A DNA stretch of 64,000 nucleotides from Candidatus Marinacidobacterium sp. (GCA_965204755.1 OZ242011.1:2432001-2496000), one strand, 5' to 3'. Numbered from the stretch's first letter, positions 37,704 through 48,446 are shown. The notes: generated by a model not told the origin, from the sequence alone. Made by a program: numbers and translations.

Positions 37704-40237
37704 TGGAACTGAAGAAGTACCAGCGTGGGGCGCTGGCCGCGTTCGTCCGGTGGCGGGAAGGGCTGGAGGAAGCGCGGGAAGAAACCGGGAAGCGCGTGGC
37801 GGTGTTGGAGGAGGCGGGGATGTCCGTGTCGGAGGGTGACCGGAATTTCCCGCGCCGGGCGTGGAAGCGGTTCTGCGAAACGGAGGAAGGCGGGGCGCGG
37901 AGGCCGCATGTGGATCGGGCGGACGAGGCCGGGCGTCCGATTCCCCACATCTGCTTCAAGATCCCGACCGGCGGCGGCAAGACGCTCCTCGGCGCGGCGG
38001 CGCTGGGGCGGCTGCGGGAGCAGACCGGCCTCGTCCTGTGGATCGTGCCCAGCCGGGCCATCTACGCGCAGACGAAGGCTGCCTTCTGGAACAAGGAGCA
38101 TCCGTACCGGCAACTCTTGGAGCGGGAAACCGGCGGTCGCGTGAAGGTGCTCGAGAAAGACGACCGGTTCACCGCGAACGACCTCGAACACCACTTCTGC
38201 CTGATGCTCCTGATGCTGCCGGCGGCCAACCGGCAGAAGGGCCGGGAGTTCCTGCGAATGTTCCGCGACTCCGGCCGCTATCCCACGCTCTTCCCCGACG
38301 CCGGCGACGAACCGGCGAACGATGCCCTGCGCGACCGATTCCCGGATCTCGACCTCCATGACGATCATTCGGTCAAACACAGCCTCTTCAATGTGTTCAA
38401 GATGAGCCGGCCGGTGGTCGTCCTCGACGAGGCGCACAAGGCTTACGGAGGCAAGGGCGCGCGGGAATTCGTCCGATCGGTCAACCGCCTCGACCCCCGC
38501 CTGGTGATCGAACTGTCGGCCACGCCGAACGCGGCCGTCAGCAATCTCCTGGTGGACATCTCGGGCGTGGATCTCAAGAAGGAACAGATGATCAAGTTGC
38601 CCGTGGAAGTCACCGCCGTGAGTGACACGGGCTGGCGCGAGACGCTGGCGCTGGCGCACGCCCGCCTCGAGGAGTTGACGGAAGAGGCCGGCGCGCTCGA
38701 AGGCGCCGAGGGACGGTATATCCGGCCCATCGCCGTCGTGCGGGTGGAGCGAACCGGGAAGGACCAGCGTGACGGCGTGCGGGTCCACGCCGAGGATGTG
38801 CGGGAGCGGCTGACTCGCTACCTGGCCGTACCCGAGGAGGCCGTGCGCGTGAAGTCGGCGGCGCAGGACGAAATCGCCCGCGAGGACCTCCTCTCGAAGT
38901 ACTCGCCGGTGCGCTGGATCATCACCAAGGCGGCGTTGATGGAGGGGTGGGACTGCCCCTTCGCCTATCTCCTGGTGATGCTGGACAACACCCGGAGCGA
39001 GCGGGCGCTGACCCAACTCGTCGGCCGGGTGATGCGCCAGCCGTACGCCCGGCGAACGGGCCGGGCCGCGCTCGACCGGTGCTATGTGCATAGTTGGCAG
39101 ACCGCCGTGGACACCGCGATACGCCAGGTCAAGGCCGGACTGGAGCACGAAGGGCTCACCGGCCTCGGCGGCGATGTGACCGCGGTCGGCGCGGCCCTTC
39201 CGGAACGCGTGACGGTGCGCCGCCAAGCAAAATTCCGGAACCGGCAGATCTTCCTGCCCCTGGTGCTCCATCGCCGGGGAGAGGGTGATTGGTCGGATCT
39301 CGACTATCAGCGACACATCCTGCCGGAGATCCCGTGGGGCGATCTCGAAGCCACGGTCGCTTCGGAACTTCCGACCACCCGGGACGGAGCGGTCGCCGAG
39401 ACCGTCGTCGTCGGTCTCGGCGACGAGGAGTCGGAGCCGGCGCGGCGGGCGAAACTCGAAGTGGACACCACGATCACCGTCGAGTGGTTCGCGCGGCAAC
39501 TCGCGGATCTCATCCCGAACCCGTGGCAGTCGGCGCGACTCGCCGGCGAGGTCATCGAACGGCTTCGCGCGCGGCTCGCCGCCCACGACCTCGGGGACGA
39601 CGAGTTCTACGCCCAGCGCCGGGCGCAGTTGTTCGCGCTGCGTCGGGGACTGGAGGAGCAGATCGGATGTTTCGCGGAACAGGTATTCCGGCGCAAGTTG
39701 AAAGACGGTGAGATCCGATTCGATCTCCTGGCCAGCGAGCCGAACTTCCGGGTCGTGGAGGGCTTCGAGCGCGACCTGCTGCCGGACGACCGCACGCTCG
39801 AACGCCGACCGGGCGCACCGGCGCAGAAGAGCCTGTTCGAGGCCCCCATCGAGCGCGATTTCAACGGTCTGGAAAAGAAGTTCGCCTTCTACCTGGACCA
39901 GCGGGCGGCGATCTCGTGGTGGCACCGCGTGGCCGTCCGGCAACAGCACGAGTACTACCTTCGCGGCTGGAACCGGGACCGGATCTGGCCGGACTTCGTC
40001 GCCATGTCGGACGAGCCGGACGGCAGTCGGCGCCTGTTCGTCTTCGAGACGAAAGGGACGCATCTCGAAGGCAACGAGGACACCGAGTACAAGCGCAGCG
40101 TGTTCGCCACGCTCGAGGAGTGGTTGGACCGCGAGGACACTTACGAGTGCGGGGCCGTGGAACTCGAACGGGGCGCGGAGACCGCCAAGTTCCGGCTCGT
40201 GTTCAACGAGGAGCGGTTCGACGAAGCGCTCGCGTGA
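37703..40237 (+). CDS. Type III restriction Res-subunit-like helicase-nuclease
   Basis: MELKKYQ, FKIPTGGGKT, LDEAH, ELSATP, EGWDCPFAY, QLVGRVMRQP, PDFV..FETKG. Confidence 0.88.
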   Translation: MELKKYQRGALAAFVRWREGLEEAREETGKRVAVLEEAGMSVSEGDRNFPRRAWKRFCETEEGGARRPHVDRADEAGRPIPHICFKIPTGGGKTLLGAAALGRLREQTGLVLWIVPSRAIYAQTKAAFWNKEHPYRQLLERETGGRVKVLEKDDRFTANDLEHHFCLMLLMLPAANRQKGREFLRMFRDSGRYPTLFPDAGDEPANDALRDRFPDLDLHDDHSVKHSLFNVFKMSRPVVVLDEAHKAYGGKGAREFVRSVNRLDPRLVIELSATPNAAVSNLLVDISGVDLKKEQMIKLPVEVTAVSDTGWRETLALAHARLEELTEEAGALEGAEGRYIRPIAVVRVERTGKDQRDGVRVHAEDVRERLTRYLAVPEEAVRVKSAAQDEIAREDLLSKYSPVRWIITKAALMEGWDCPFAYLLVMLDNTRSERALTQLVGRVMRQPYARRTGRAALDRCYVHSWQTAVDTAIRQVKAGLEHEGLTGLGGDVTAVGAALPERVTVRRQAKFRNRQIFLPLVLHRRGEGDWSDLDYQRHILPEIPWGDLEATVASELPTTRDGAVAETVVVGLGDEESEPARRAKLEVDTTITVEWFARQLADLIPNPWQSARLAGEVIERLRARLAAHDLGDDEFYAQRRAQLFALRRGLEEQIGCFAEQVFRRKLKDGEIRFDLLASEPNFRVVEGFERDLLPDDRTLERRPGAPAQKSLFEAPIERDFNGLEKKFAFYLDQRAAISWWHRVAVRQQHEYYLRGWNRDRIWPDFVAMSDEPDGSRRLFVFETKGTHLEGNEDTEYKRSVFATLEEWLDREDTYECGAVELERGAETAKFRLVFNEERFDEALA

Positions 40238-40343
40238 CCCGGTCGTCTCGCCCGGGCGGGCGGTCGAACTCCGGCGGGCATCGGCGGCCTCCGCGGGCTC
40301 CGCGACAGTCGGGAGGCGCCGGTCGAGCGACTGTGTTTCGGCG

Positions 40344-41273
40344 ATGAACCCGCCTCGTCTCCAAGGCGGTCCTGCCCGCGCCGATGACGCGCCGGGGCGT
40401 CGCGCCCGCTCCCTCGCGCCCCTCGCCGCGGGGCTCCTCCTCGGTCTCGTCGCCGGCGGCTGCGGGCGGGATTCCGGGGGCGTCTCCCCGCCCACGGTCG
40501 CCCCGCCCCCCAACCCGCCGACCCCGCCTCCGACCCCGCCTCGGCCGATCCGGTTGCCGGACGGCGCGGACACGGTGTTCCTCCAAGTCGAGTTGTCGGC
40601 GGGGTTCGTCCCCATCGAGTACTCGATCGGCCGGGCGCCGCTCTACCGGCTGACCGTCGCCGGCGACCTGTTCCACGAAGGCCCCACGCCGGAGATCTAC
40701 CCCGGCCCGCTGCTCCCGAACCTCCGGCATTCCCGGCTCCCGGAGACGGCGCTCGATGAAGTCGTCCGCGCGGTCACCGCCACCGCCCTCGCCGAGACCG
40801 ACGACGAGCAGATCCTGGAATACGCCTCCATCATCGCCGACGCGCCCGTCACCACCTTCATCCTCACCGACCGCGCCGGCGAACACCGCCTGGGCGTTTA
40901 CGCCCTGTCCGCCGGGCCGTTCTCCGACCCGCGGGTGGCGCCGCTGAAAGCGCTCTCGGACACCTTGGGGCGGGTGGCCGGGGAAGCCGAAAGCGAGTCC
41001 TGGCGCGGCGACCGACTGCAGGTGTGGGCGCTCCGGTCCGGCCCCTTCCCCGACCCCGACCTGGCGACCGTGGCGCCGTGGCCGCTCGCCGCGCCGCCGG
41101 CGGCGGCCCGCGCCGACTGCCGGGTGCTGGAGGGCGAGGAGGCCTCCCGCCTCTACGCGCTCTTCAACACGGCGAACCACGGCTATCGGTGGGAGCACGA
41201 AGGGACGCGCTACCAACTCGTCCCCCGCGCGCTGTTCCCGGGCGAGGCCGGCTGCGCCGGCGCCGACCCCTGA
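40344..41273 (+). CDS. Hypothetical lipoprotein with a Pro-rich linker
   Basis: LLLGLVAGGC lipobox followed by PPTVAPPPNPPTPPP. Confidence 0.7.
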   Translation: MNPPRLQGGPARADDAPGRRARSLAPLAAGLLLGLVAGGCGRDSGGVSPPTVAPPPNPPTPPPTPPRPIRLPDGADTVFLQVELSAGFVPIEYSIGRAPLYRLTVAGDLFHEGPTPEIYPGPLLPNLRHSRLPETALDEVVRAVTATALAETDDEQILEYASIIADAPVTTFILTDRAGEHRLGVYALSAGPFSDPRVAPLKALSDTLGRVAGEAESESWRGDRLQVWALRSGPFPDPDLATVAPWPLAAPPAAARADCRVLEGEEASRLYALFNTANHGYRWEHEGTRYQLVPRALFPGEAGCAGADP

Positions 41274-41329
41274 GTCCGCGCGGCGCGGAATTGACAGCGC
41301 GCCGCGGCGGGCGTACGAATTCCACCCCC

Positions 41330-41467
41330 ATGAAACTCCCCTCGTTCCTCAAGGGACGCGCCGGGCGCGCCGTCGCCGGCGGCGCGTTCGCCTTCTTCCT
41401 GATCAAGGGCCTCGTCTGGCTGGCCATCGCCGCCGCCGCGGCCTGGTCGGCTTTCCGCCTCTCGTGA
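41330..41467 (+). CDS. Small single-TM protein (45 aa)
   Basis: MKLPSF..FAFFLIKGLVWLAI; stop overlaps the heme oxygenase start (GTGA). Confidence 0.6.
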   Translation: MKLPSFLKGRAGRAVAGGAFAFFLIKGLVWLAIAAAAAWSAFRLS

Positions 41468-42155
41468 GCGACCTGACCTCGGCGGCGCGGTCTCCGTCCC
41501 CGGGCGCCGCGCCTCCTCCGGCAGCGGAAAGCGGCGCCGCGGCCGAGCCCGGCCTCGCGGACCTGCTCAAGGAAGCCACCGCGGAAGACCATCGAGCGGC
41601 CGAGGGGCACCCGCTCCAGCAGTCGCTCGTGAACGGAACCGTGTCCCGCGAGAGTTTCGTCGCCTTCCAGGGCCGGGTGCTCCGGCTCCTCCGGGAGTTG
41701 GCGCCGCGCCTCGCCGGCGAAGGAGAGGACTGGGCGCCTTCCGCGCCGCGCTCTCCGGGCACGAGGCGCGCTTGGCCGCCGACCTCGAAGGCCTCGGCCG
41801 GTCGTCGAACGGCGTTCGGCCCCCGGCGCCGAGCGCCGCGCTCGACGAGTTCTTCCGCGCTCTCGACGAAGGGCCGATGCCGGAGGGCGCCCTCGGCGCG
41901 TTCTATGTGATCGAGGGCTCGATGAACGGCAACCGGTTCATCCGCCGCGCCTTGGCCGGCCGCCGCCCCGAGTGGGCGGAGTACCTGACCTACTTCGACC
42001 CGTACGGCGAGGAGCAGCGCGAGCGGTGGATGGGCTTTCGCGAGGCGATCAGCCGGGTCGGCGCGACGCTCGATTCCCCGGCGCCGGCCCTCTCGGCGGC
42101 GCGGGCCACCTTCCGGCTCATCGGCCAACTGGCCGACGAGTCCTCCTCCGCGTAG
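41464..42155 (+). pseudogene. Biliverdin-producing heme oxygenase with a 1-bp frameshift near 41732
   Basis: LKEATAEDHRAAE in one frame; LAADL, FYVIEGSMNG, YFDPYG, W..F in another; adding one base at TGGGCGCC joins them. Confidence 0.8.
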
Positions 42156-42251
42156 CCCTCCGGCTGCCGGGCGCGCCCCGGCGGACGGGCGCTCGCTCCG
42201 CGGCGCGCCCGCCCCCGAAACCACGCCGGGAGGGCGCCCCGGCCGCGTCTT

Positions 42252-43574
42252 CTACAGGTAGTCGGCCTGGTGGGCGGCGATGTGGCGGACGGCTTCGATC
42301 AGCCGATCCACCTCCGCGGGCAGGTTGTAGAAGTGGACCGACGAGCGAACCGCCGCCAGGTCCGGCTTCTCCACGGTGCGGATGAAGATTCCGGCGCGCT
42401 CCATCACCCCGTCCACGATGTTCTTCACCGGGACTTCCCCGATGCTGAAGGTCGTGAGCCCGGCGGACATCCGCGGATCGGTCGGCGTGTAGAGGGTCAC
42501 CCCGGAGGTCTCGGCGAGCGCCTCGCGCAGCGGATCGTTCAACTCCCGGATCCGCGTCTCGATGTTCCCTTGGCCGACCGTCTGCTGCAACTCCACCGCG
42601 GCGCCCATCGCCAGCGCTGACGGCGCGTTCCGCTGGCCGCCGAAGTCGTAGATCCGGGCGCCCTTCTGGTAGTCGCCTTCGTCCTCCTCGGGAACCCAGC
42701 AGTCCGGCCAGATCCGGTCCTGGAGGTCGGAGCGGACATAGGCCATCCCGGTGCCCGTGCCGGCGAGCAGCCACTTCTGCCCCGCGCCGGCGTAGTGGTC
42801 GCACCCCATCTCGCGGAGGTCCACCGGCACCATCCCCACCGGATGGGCGCCGTCCACGGAACTGAGGATCCCGCGCTCCCGGGCGAGGGAACAGAGTTCA
42901 GTCGCCGGCATCATGAGCCCCGTCGGGTAGAGGGCGTGGCTGACCACCAGCGCCCGCGTCCGCTCGGTCATGGCCGCCCGGTAGAGGTCGAGGATCTGCT
43001 CGGGGCTCTCCGGCGGCCAGGGCATCTCGACCCAGCGGATCACGATGCCGCGGCGCTTTTCCAGCGCCCGGTAGATCTGGATCGGCCAGGGGTGCTCGTG
43101 GGGGTTCATGAGCACCTCGTCGCCCTCGCGCCAGTCGAGGCCGTGGGCGAAGACCCGCATCCCCTCGGTCGTGTTCCGGGTGAGCGTGATCTCGCCGGGA
43201 TCGGCGGACAGGAACTCGGCGAGCCGATCGCGCACCCCTTCCCGATCCCGGAACCGGTAGCCGTTGCGCGGATCCTCGGAGACCTCGCGGGCGACGCGCT
43301 CCAGGGTGTCCAGCACGACGCGGGGCGAGGGGCCGAGCGTCCCGTTGTTCATGAAGGTCATGCCGTCGAGCAGGTTGAACTGCCCGCGCACCTTCCACCA
43401 GTACGCCTCGTCCGGCGCGCCGCTCGGCGCCAGGTCGGCCAGCGCCCCGGCGACCGACGGGTTCGGTTCGGCGGCGGCGGCGCCGCGGGGAACCGCCAGT
43501 CCGGCGGCTGCGGCGGAGGAAGCGGCCAGGAAGCCGCGGCGGCTGAATCCGGTTCCGGTTTCCGGGTGGGGCAT
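42252..43574 (-). CDS. TAT-exported class V PLP aminotransferase
   Basis: SRRGFL signal, MNNGTLGPSP, RNTTEG, VDGAH, GQKWL. Confidence 0.9.
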   Translation of the reverse strand: MPHPETGTGFSRRGFLAASSAAAAGLAVPRGAAAAEPNPSVAGALADLAPSGAPDEAYWWKVRGQFNLLDGMTFMNNGTLGPSPRVVLDTLERVAREVSEDPRNGYRFRDREGVRDRLAEFLSADPGEITLTRNTTEGMRVFAHGLDWREGDEVLMNPHEHPWPIQIYRALEKRRGIVIRWVEMPWPPESPEQILDLYRAAMTERTRALVVSHALYPTGLMMPATELCSLARERGILSSVDGAHPVGMVPVDLREMGCDHYAGAGQKWLLAGTGTGMAYVRSDLQDRIWPDCWVPEEDEGDYQKGARIYDFGGQRNAPSALAMGAAVELQQTVGQGNIETRIRELNDPLREALAETSGVTLYTPTDPRMSAGLTTFSIGEVPVKNIVDGVMERAGIFIRTVEKPDLAAVRSSVHFYNLPAEVDRLIEAVRHIAAHQADYL

Positions 43575-43685
43575 GGGGGGCTCCTTCCCGCCCGGCTCGG
43601 CCGCCGGACAGGGGATTGGACGCTACCCGCCCGCCCGCCTCCCGGTCAACCGCCCGGCGCGGCGGCCGCCGATCCCCGGGGGCCG

Positions 43686-44294
43686 TCAGCGCTGGATTTC
43701 GACCTCGGCGGCCTCGCCCAGTCCGAGATAGAGCCGGGTTCGCAGGATGCGCCCCTCGCGGAGCCGGAAGAACACCGCTCCCGGCACGGTCCAGCGCTTC
43801 CCGTCGTCCGTCCGGGTGCCGGCCACCGTGAACTCGGCGGCGACCAGCGGGCCGCCCCAAGGACCCGGACGGCTCGGCCAGACCGCCTCCGAAGTCTCCC
43901 GCGCCGTCGCGACCACCGGCCGCAGCGCGAAGTCCTTCCACTCCGCCAGCAGCCGCTCGAGCATCGAGGCGATCTTCTCCCGCCCCCAGTAGGTGGCGGT
44001 GCCGCGCTGGTGGCCGCCCGCCGGCCCCTGGATGTGGAGGGCGTCTTCCTCGTAGAGGGCGAGGAACTCCTCCCGGCTCTCCGGCGTCCCGTCGAGGTCG
44101 GAGGCCAGCAGGAACCACCGCTCCACCAGCGATTCGGCGCTCGCCTCGCCGGTCTCCGACGGCTCCTGGCGGGCGGCGGGCGCGGGCTCCCGGAACGCCG
44201 GAGCGGCGGCGCCGAGGGTCGCTCCGAGCCCCGAGGCGAAGAGTCCCGCCGCGACGGCCCAGGTCTTCCGGCGCGAACCGGCTTCCGCGAGCAT
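43686..44294 (-). CDS. NTF2/SnoaL-like secreted protein
   Basis: Signal-like N-terminus; FLALYEEDA, GREKI, GAVFFRLREGRI. Confidence 0.7.
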   Translation of the reverse strand: MLAEAGSRRKTWAVAAGLFASGLGATLGAAAPAFREPAPAARQEPSETGEASAESLVERWFLLASDLDGTPESREEFLALYEEDALHIQGPAGGHQRGTATYWGREKIASMLERLLAEWKDFALRPVVATARETSEAVWPSRPGPWGGPLVAAEFTVAGTRTDDGKRWTVPGAVFFRLREGRILRTRLYLGLGEAAEVEIQR

Positions 44295-44454
44295 CTCGGC
44301 CCGGATTATCCCGTTCCCGTCAGCCGCCCCCGGCGAGATCGCCTCGCGGGGCGGCCGCCGGCCGGGGCCGTATCCTCTATCTCCGTCCTCGCCGGCCGCG
44401 GCGCCGGCCGCGAACCGCAAGCCGTCCCCATCGCTCCCGTCCCGTTCCCGCGCC

Positions 44455-45552
44455 GTGAAGAACCCGCTCCGCTCCCGTTGGTTCTCCCGGTTCCTCCTCC
44501 CCGGGTTCTGCTTCCAGTCCATGATCATCGCCGGCGGGTACGGCACCGGGCGGGAACTGGTCGAGTTCTTCACCACCAAAGGAGTCCTCGGGGGGCTGAT
44601 GGGCATGACCCTGGTGACCATGCCGCTCTGGTCGCTCCTCTCCGCGATCGCCTTCGAGACCGCTCGGCGGGCGAAGGCCTTCGACTACCGCAGTTTCTCC
44701 CGCCAACTGCTGGGGCGCGCCGACTGGCTCTACGAGGTCGTCTATGTGGCGGCGATGCTGGTGGTCGTCTCGGTGGTGGCGGCGGCCGGCGGCGAGATCG
44801 TCTCCCGCTCGCTCGGCCTTCCCTACGCCGTCGGCGTGCTCGCCATCCTGGGCGCCGTCGGCTGGTTGGTTTACCGGGGCACCTCCACGGTGGAGCGGTT
44901 CCTCTCGTTCTGGTCACTCGCGCTCTACGCGGTGTACCTGGCCCTGCTGGTCGCCGCCTTCCGCGCCTTCGGCCCGGAGATCTCGGAGGCGGTCCGCGCC
45001 GGAACCGCCACCTCCGACTGGGCCCTGGGCGGCGCGGAGTACATGGCTTACAACATCGGCACCCTCCCGGCGGTCCTCTTCTGCGCCCGGCACCTGGAGA
45101 GCCGGCGCGACGCGCTGGTCGCCGGCGCCTTCGCCGGCTTCATCGGTATCTTCCCGGCCGTGCTGTTCTTCGTGGCGATCTCCGGTTTCTCGGCGGAAGT
45201 CCTGACCGAAGCGGTGCCGTCGGTCTATCTGCTCGAACGGATCGGCTCCCCGCTGCTCGCCTTCGCGTTCCAGATCGTCCTGTTCGCCACCCTGATCGAG
45301 ACCGCCACCAGCCTGATCCACGCCGTGAACGAGCGCGTCGCCCGCGCCCTCGAAGAGCGCCGCCGCGCGCTCCCCGCCGGCTGGCGCCCGGCCGTCTCGA
45401 CCGCGGCGCTCCTGCTTGCGGTCCTCCTCGCGCAGGCGGGCTTGGGGCCGCTGATCGGCATCGGCTACCGGATCCTCACCTACGGCTTCTGGCTGGTCTT
45501 CGTCCTGCCGCTGCTGTTCGTCGGCCTGCCCCGCCTCCTCCGCGCTCGTTGA
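44455..45552 (+). CDS. YkvI-like membrane transporter
   Basis: IIAGGYGTGRELVEFF and many TM helices. Confidence 0.8.
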   Translation: MKNPLRSRWFSRFLLPGFCFQSMIIAGGYGTGRELVEFFTTKGVLGGLMGMTLVTMPLWSLLSAIAFETARRAKAFDYRSFSRQLLGRADWLYEVVYVAAMLVVVSVVAAAGGEIVSRSLGLPYAVGVLAILGAVGWLVYRGTSTVERFLSFWSLALYAVYLALLVAAFRAFGPEISEAVRAGTATSDWALGGAEYMAYNIGTLPAVLFCARHLESRRDALVAGAFAGFIGIFPAVLFFVAISGFSAEVLTEAVPSVYLLERIGSPLLAFAFQIVLFATLIETATSLIHAVNERVARALEERRRALPAGWRPAVSTAALLLAVLLAQAGLGPLIGIGYRILTYGFWLVFVLPLLFVGLPRLLRAR

Positions 45553-45637
45553 GCCCGCCCTCCCGGCCTCGCCGGCCGGTTGCTCCGTTCCCCGAACGAA
45601 CCATCGCCCCGTTCTTCCGAAACAAGGAGTCCCTCCG

Positions 45638-46312
45638 ATGAATCACCCGAAGTCCCTCCTCCCGGCCCTCGCCGTCCTCGGCCTGCTCGCCGCCGTCTCG
45701 GCGCCGCTCGCCTCCACGCCCCCGGAGACCGCGGCCGCCCAGCCGGAGATGACCTTTTTCCTGACCAGCCGCGGCCCCGGTGACGGCGCGAACCTGGGCG
45801 GGCTCGAAGGCGCGGACGCCCACTGCGCCGCGCTCGCCGCCGAGGCCGGCGCGGCCTCCGGCCTGGTCTGGCGCGCCTATCTCGGCGCCTCCGGCATGGA
45901 TCCCCGCGACCGCATCGGCGCCGGCCCCTGGCACAACGCGAACGGCGTGATGGTCGCGGCCGATGTCGCCTCCCTCCACGACGGCAGCGACGCGCTCAGC
46001 AAGGAGAACTCGATCTCCGAGAAGGGCGAGGTGATCAGCGGCCGCGGCGACGAAGTGAACCGGCACGACATCCTGACCGGCGCTTCCGAAGACGGAAGCG
46101 TGTTCATGGACGGCGGCGACGCGATCACCTGCTCCGACTGGAGCAGCAACGCCCCGGACGGCAGCGCCCGGGTGGGGCACCACGACCGGATCGGCGGCGG
46201 CGACAACGGCCCGTCCTGGAATTCGGCCCACAACTCCCGCGGCTGCGGCCAGGAGGACCTCCGGGGCACCGGCGGGGACGGCCTGTTCTACTGCTTCGCC
46301 CACCGCCCCTGA
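45638..46312 (+). CDS. Secreted C-type-lectin/endostatin-like fold protein
   Basis: NLGGLEGADAHC..LA, WRAYL, RDRIG.GPW, HDILTG, C.DW, LFYCFA. Confidence 0.75.
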   Translation: MNHPKSLLPALAVLGLLAAVSAPLASTPPETAAAQPEMTFFLTSRGPGDGANLGGLEGADAHCAALAAEAGAASGLVWRAYLGASGMDPRDRIGAGPWHNANGVMVAADVASLHDGSDALSKENSISEKGEVISGRGDEVNRHDILTGASEDGSVFMDGGDAITCSDWSSNAPDGSARVGHHDRIGGGDNGPSWNSAHNSRGCGQEDLRGTGGDGLFYCFAHRP

Positions 46313-46448
46313 GCCGGCCTCCGGGCGGCTGACACCCCCCGGCCCGGCGCCGACCCGGTCGTCGGTTCCCGGAGGTCCCCTGCGGCCGGCCGGGCGCCCC
46401 GCCGCCCGTTGTGCGGCGGGTCTCCCGGCGCGATGATCCCGGACGCCG

Positions 46449-47738
46449 TTGCCCCTCCTCGCCCCGCCCGCGGCCTCCGCCGCCCAGCCGATCCTCGAAG
46501 TCTTCCAGGAGATGGGGCGCAGCCTCGAGATCGGCCGCACCGCGGACACCGTTCTCGCCGGGATTCGACCCCTGTTCCCCGGCGCCGACCGCGTATCCCT
46601 CACCGTCCTGGCGCTCGACGGCGCGAGCGTCGTCTGCCGGCGCGCGCGGGGCCGGGATGCCGAGTCGGCGCCCGACTGCGCGCCGGGCGAGCCGCTGCCT
46701 CCTCCGGCGGACGGCGCCGCCCATCCGTCCGTCGGCCTGACCCGCCGAGTCCTCGACTCGGGCCGCGCGGAACTGCTGGCCTCGCTGCCGCCACCGGTTC
46801 CGGGCGCCGACCTCGGCGCCGGCACGGCCTCCGCGGTCGCCGCGCCGGTGCTCGGCGCGGGCGGCCGCCGACTCGGCGCCCTCGTGGTCGAGGCGCCGGA
46901 ACCGCATGCGTTCGACTCCGGGAGCCGCCGCGCGCTGCGCACCTACGCCGCCGGCGCGGCGACCGCCCTCGAACGCGTCCTGTTCTACGAGAAGGCCGTC
47001 GAGGGACACCGACTCGTCTCCGAACTCGAAGTCGCCGGCAAGGTGCTCGAGGGCTTGCTCCCGCACCACACCCCCCGGCTCGACGGCTTCGACATCGCCG
47101 CGGTCTATGAGCCGTGCTCCCAGGTCGGCGGCGACTACTACGACTTCGTGCCGCTGGGGGAAGACCGCTGGGGCATCGCCATGGGCGATGTGGCCGGGAA
47201 GGGAATCCCGGCGGCGCTCCTGGTCGCCGCGCTCCGCGCCTCGATCTTCTCGCTGGCGCATTCCAGCCTCGCGCTCCGCGCCATCCTGGCCCGCACGAAC
47301 CGGCTGATCTACGAGTCGGTGGGCGAAAGCCGTTACGCCACGCTCTTCTACGGCGTCCTCGATGTCCCCCTGCGCCGCATCGTGTACATCAACGCCGGCC
47401 ACGCCCCGCCGATCCTCGCCCGCGCGAACGGCGAGATCGAGATGATCCACGCCGGCAGCCTCCCCGTGGGCCTCTTCCCCGCGCCGCGCTACTTCGAACA
47501 GCACCTCCAGTTCGAGGCGGGAGACCTGCTCTGCCTCTACACGGACGGCGTCACCGAGTCCGCCGACCGCTCCGGCGACCTCTTCGGCCGAGAGCGTCTC
47601 GCGGACCTGCTGGTAAGCGAACGCGACCGCGGCGCCCAAGCCGCCGAGATCACCGACCAGGTCCTCCGCGCCGCCCGCCGCTTCCGCGGAGGCGCCCCCG
47701 ACGACGACACGACCGCGCTGGTCCTCCGGGCCCTCTGA
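46449..47738 (+). CDS. GAF + SpoIIE/PP2C phosphatase
   Basis: VGGDYYD, GDVAGKG, YINAGH, LYTDGVTE, DDTT. Confidence 0.9.
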   Translation: MPLLAPPAASAAQPILEVFQEMGRSLEIGRTADTVLAGIRPLFPGADRVSLTVLALDGASVVCRRARGRDAESAPDCAPGEPLPPPADGAAHPSVGLTRRVLDSGRAELLASLPPPVPGADLGAGTASAVAAPVLGAGGRRLGALVVEAPEPHAFDSGSRRALRTYAAGAATALERVLFYEKAVEGHRLVSELEVAGKVLEGLLPHHTPRLDGFDIAAVYEPCSQVGGDYYDFVPLGEDRWGIAMGDVAGKGIPAALLVAALRASIFSLAHSSLALRAILARTNRLIYESVGESRYATLFYGVLDVPLRRIVYINAGHAPPILARANGEIEMIHAGSLPVGLFPAPRYFEQHLQFEAGDLLCLYTDGVTESADRSGDLFGRERLADLLVSERDRGAQAAEITDQVLRAARRFRGGAPDDDTTALVLRAL

Positions 47739-47772
47739 TCCTCGCATCGGCCCGATCCTCTCCACCGGTTCG

Positions 47773-48440
47773 ATGAGCATCGAAAGCCGCTTCGACATCC
47801 CGTTCGTCGCCGCGATGGCCCTGCGGGAAAAACAGGTGCAGCAGAACTACCGCCCGGTGATCGCCGTCCACAAGTGGTTCGCGCGAAGACCCGGCAGCCC
47901 CTTCCGCGCGCATCGGCGCTCCGCTCGCCTTCACCTTCCACCACAACCGACTCGAGGTGTACGCCGCCATCGGCGTAGCGATCCTGGACGCCGGGTTGAC
48001 CTGCACGGCGGCGTTCCCGTGTCCGGCGGAGATGAGCGGTTCCATCCACATCCGGGGAACCCGCTCATCCATTCCGGACACCGTATTCGTCTGTCGCGAG
48101 CCGAGTGTCACCGGCGCCGCGAAGGCGTCGAAGAGCGCCGCCGAAGTCGAGAAGGCGGTCGCGGCCGGTCTCGGGGCCCTGGCCGCCGCCGGGCTCCGCC
48201 CGACGACGGGCGACATTCGCTGCCTCACCTTCGGCCACCTGACCGCTGCCGTCGCTCCTCGCCTGATCCACGATTGGGATACCCGGCTCGATTGCGGCGG
48301 CAAATTGGCTCGCGTCGAGACCGAAGCGCGAGTCTTCGGAGACCCTGAGAGCGTGGCGCGGACCTCGGCTGCCGCCTTCGAGGAACTCTCCGCAGAGCCC
48401 TGCCTTCCGTCCCTGTTCCACCGGAGCGCCGCCGACGGCG
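47773..48440 (+). pseudogene. Internally deleted DUF1156-type DNA methyltransferase
   Basis: N-terminal ALREKQVQQNYRPVIAVHKWFARRPG joined within ~40 bp to C-terminal AFTFHH..PCPAEM..DTVFVCR; no SAM-binding or catalytic motif remains. Confidence 0.7.
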
Positions 48441-48446
48441 TTCGTC

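Noticed and set aside
41291-41320. Sigma70 promoter TTGACA-17-TACGAA
   Set aside because: The -35 is perfect but the -10 lacks the conserved final T; too weak to call
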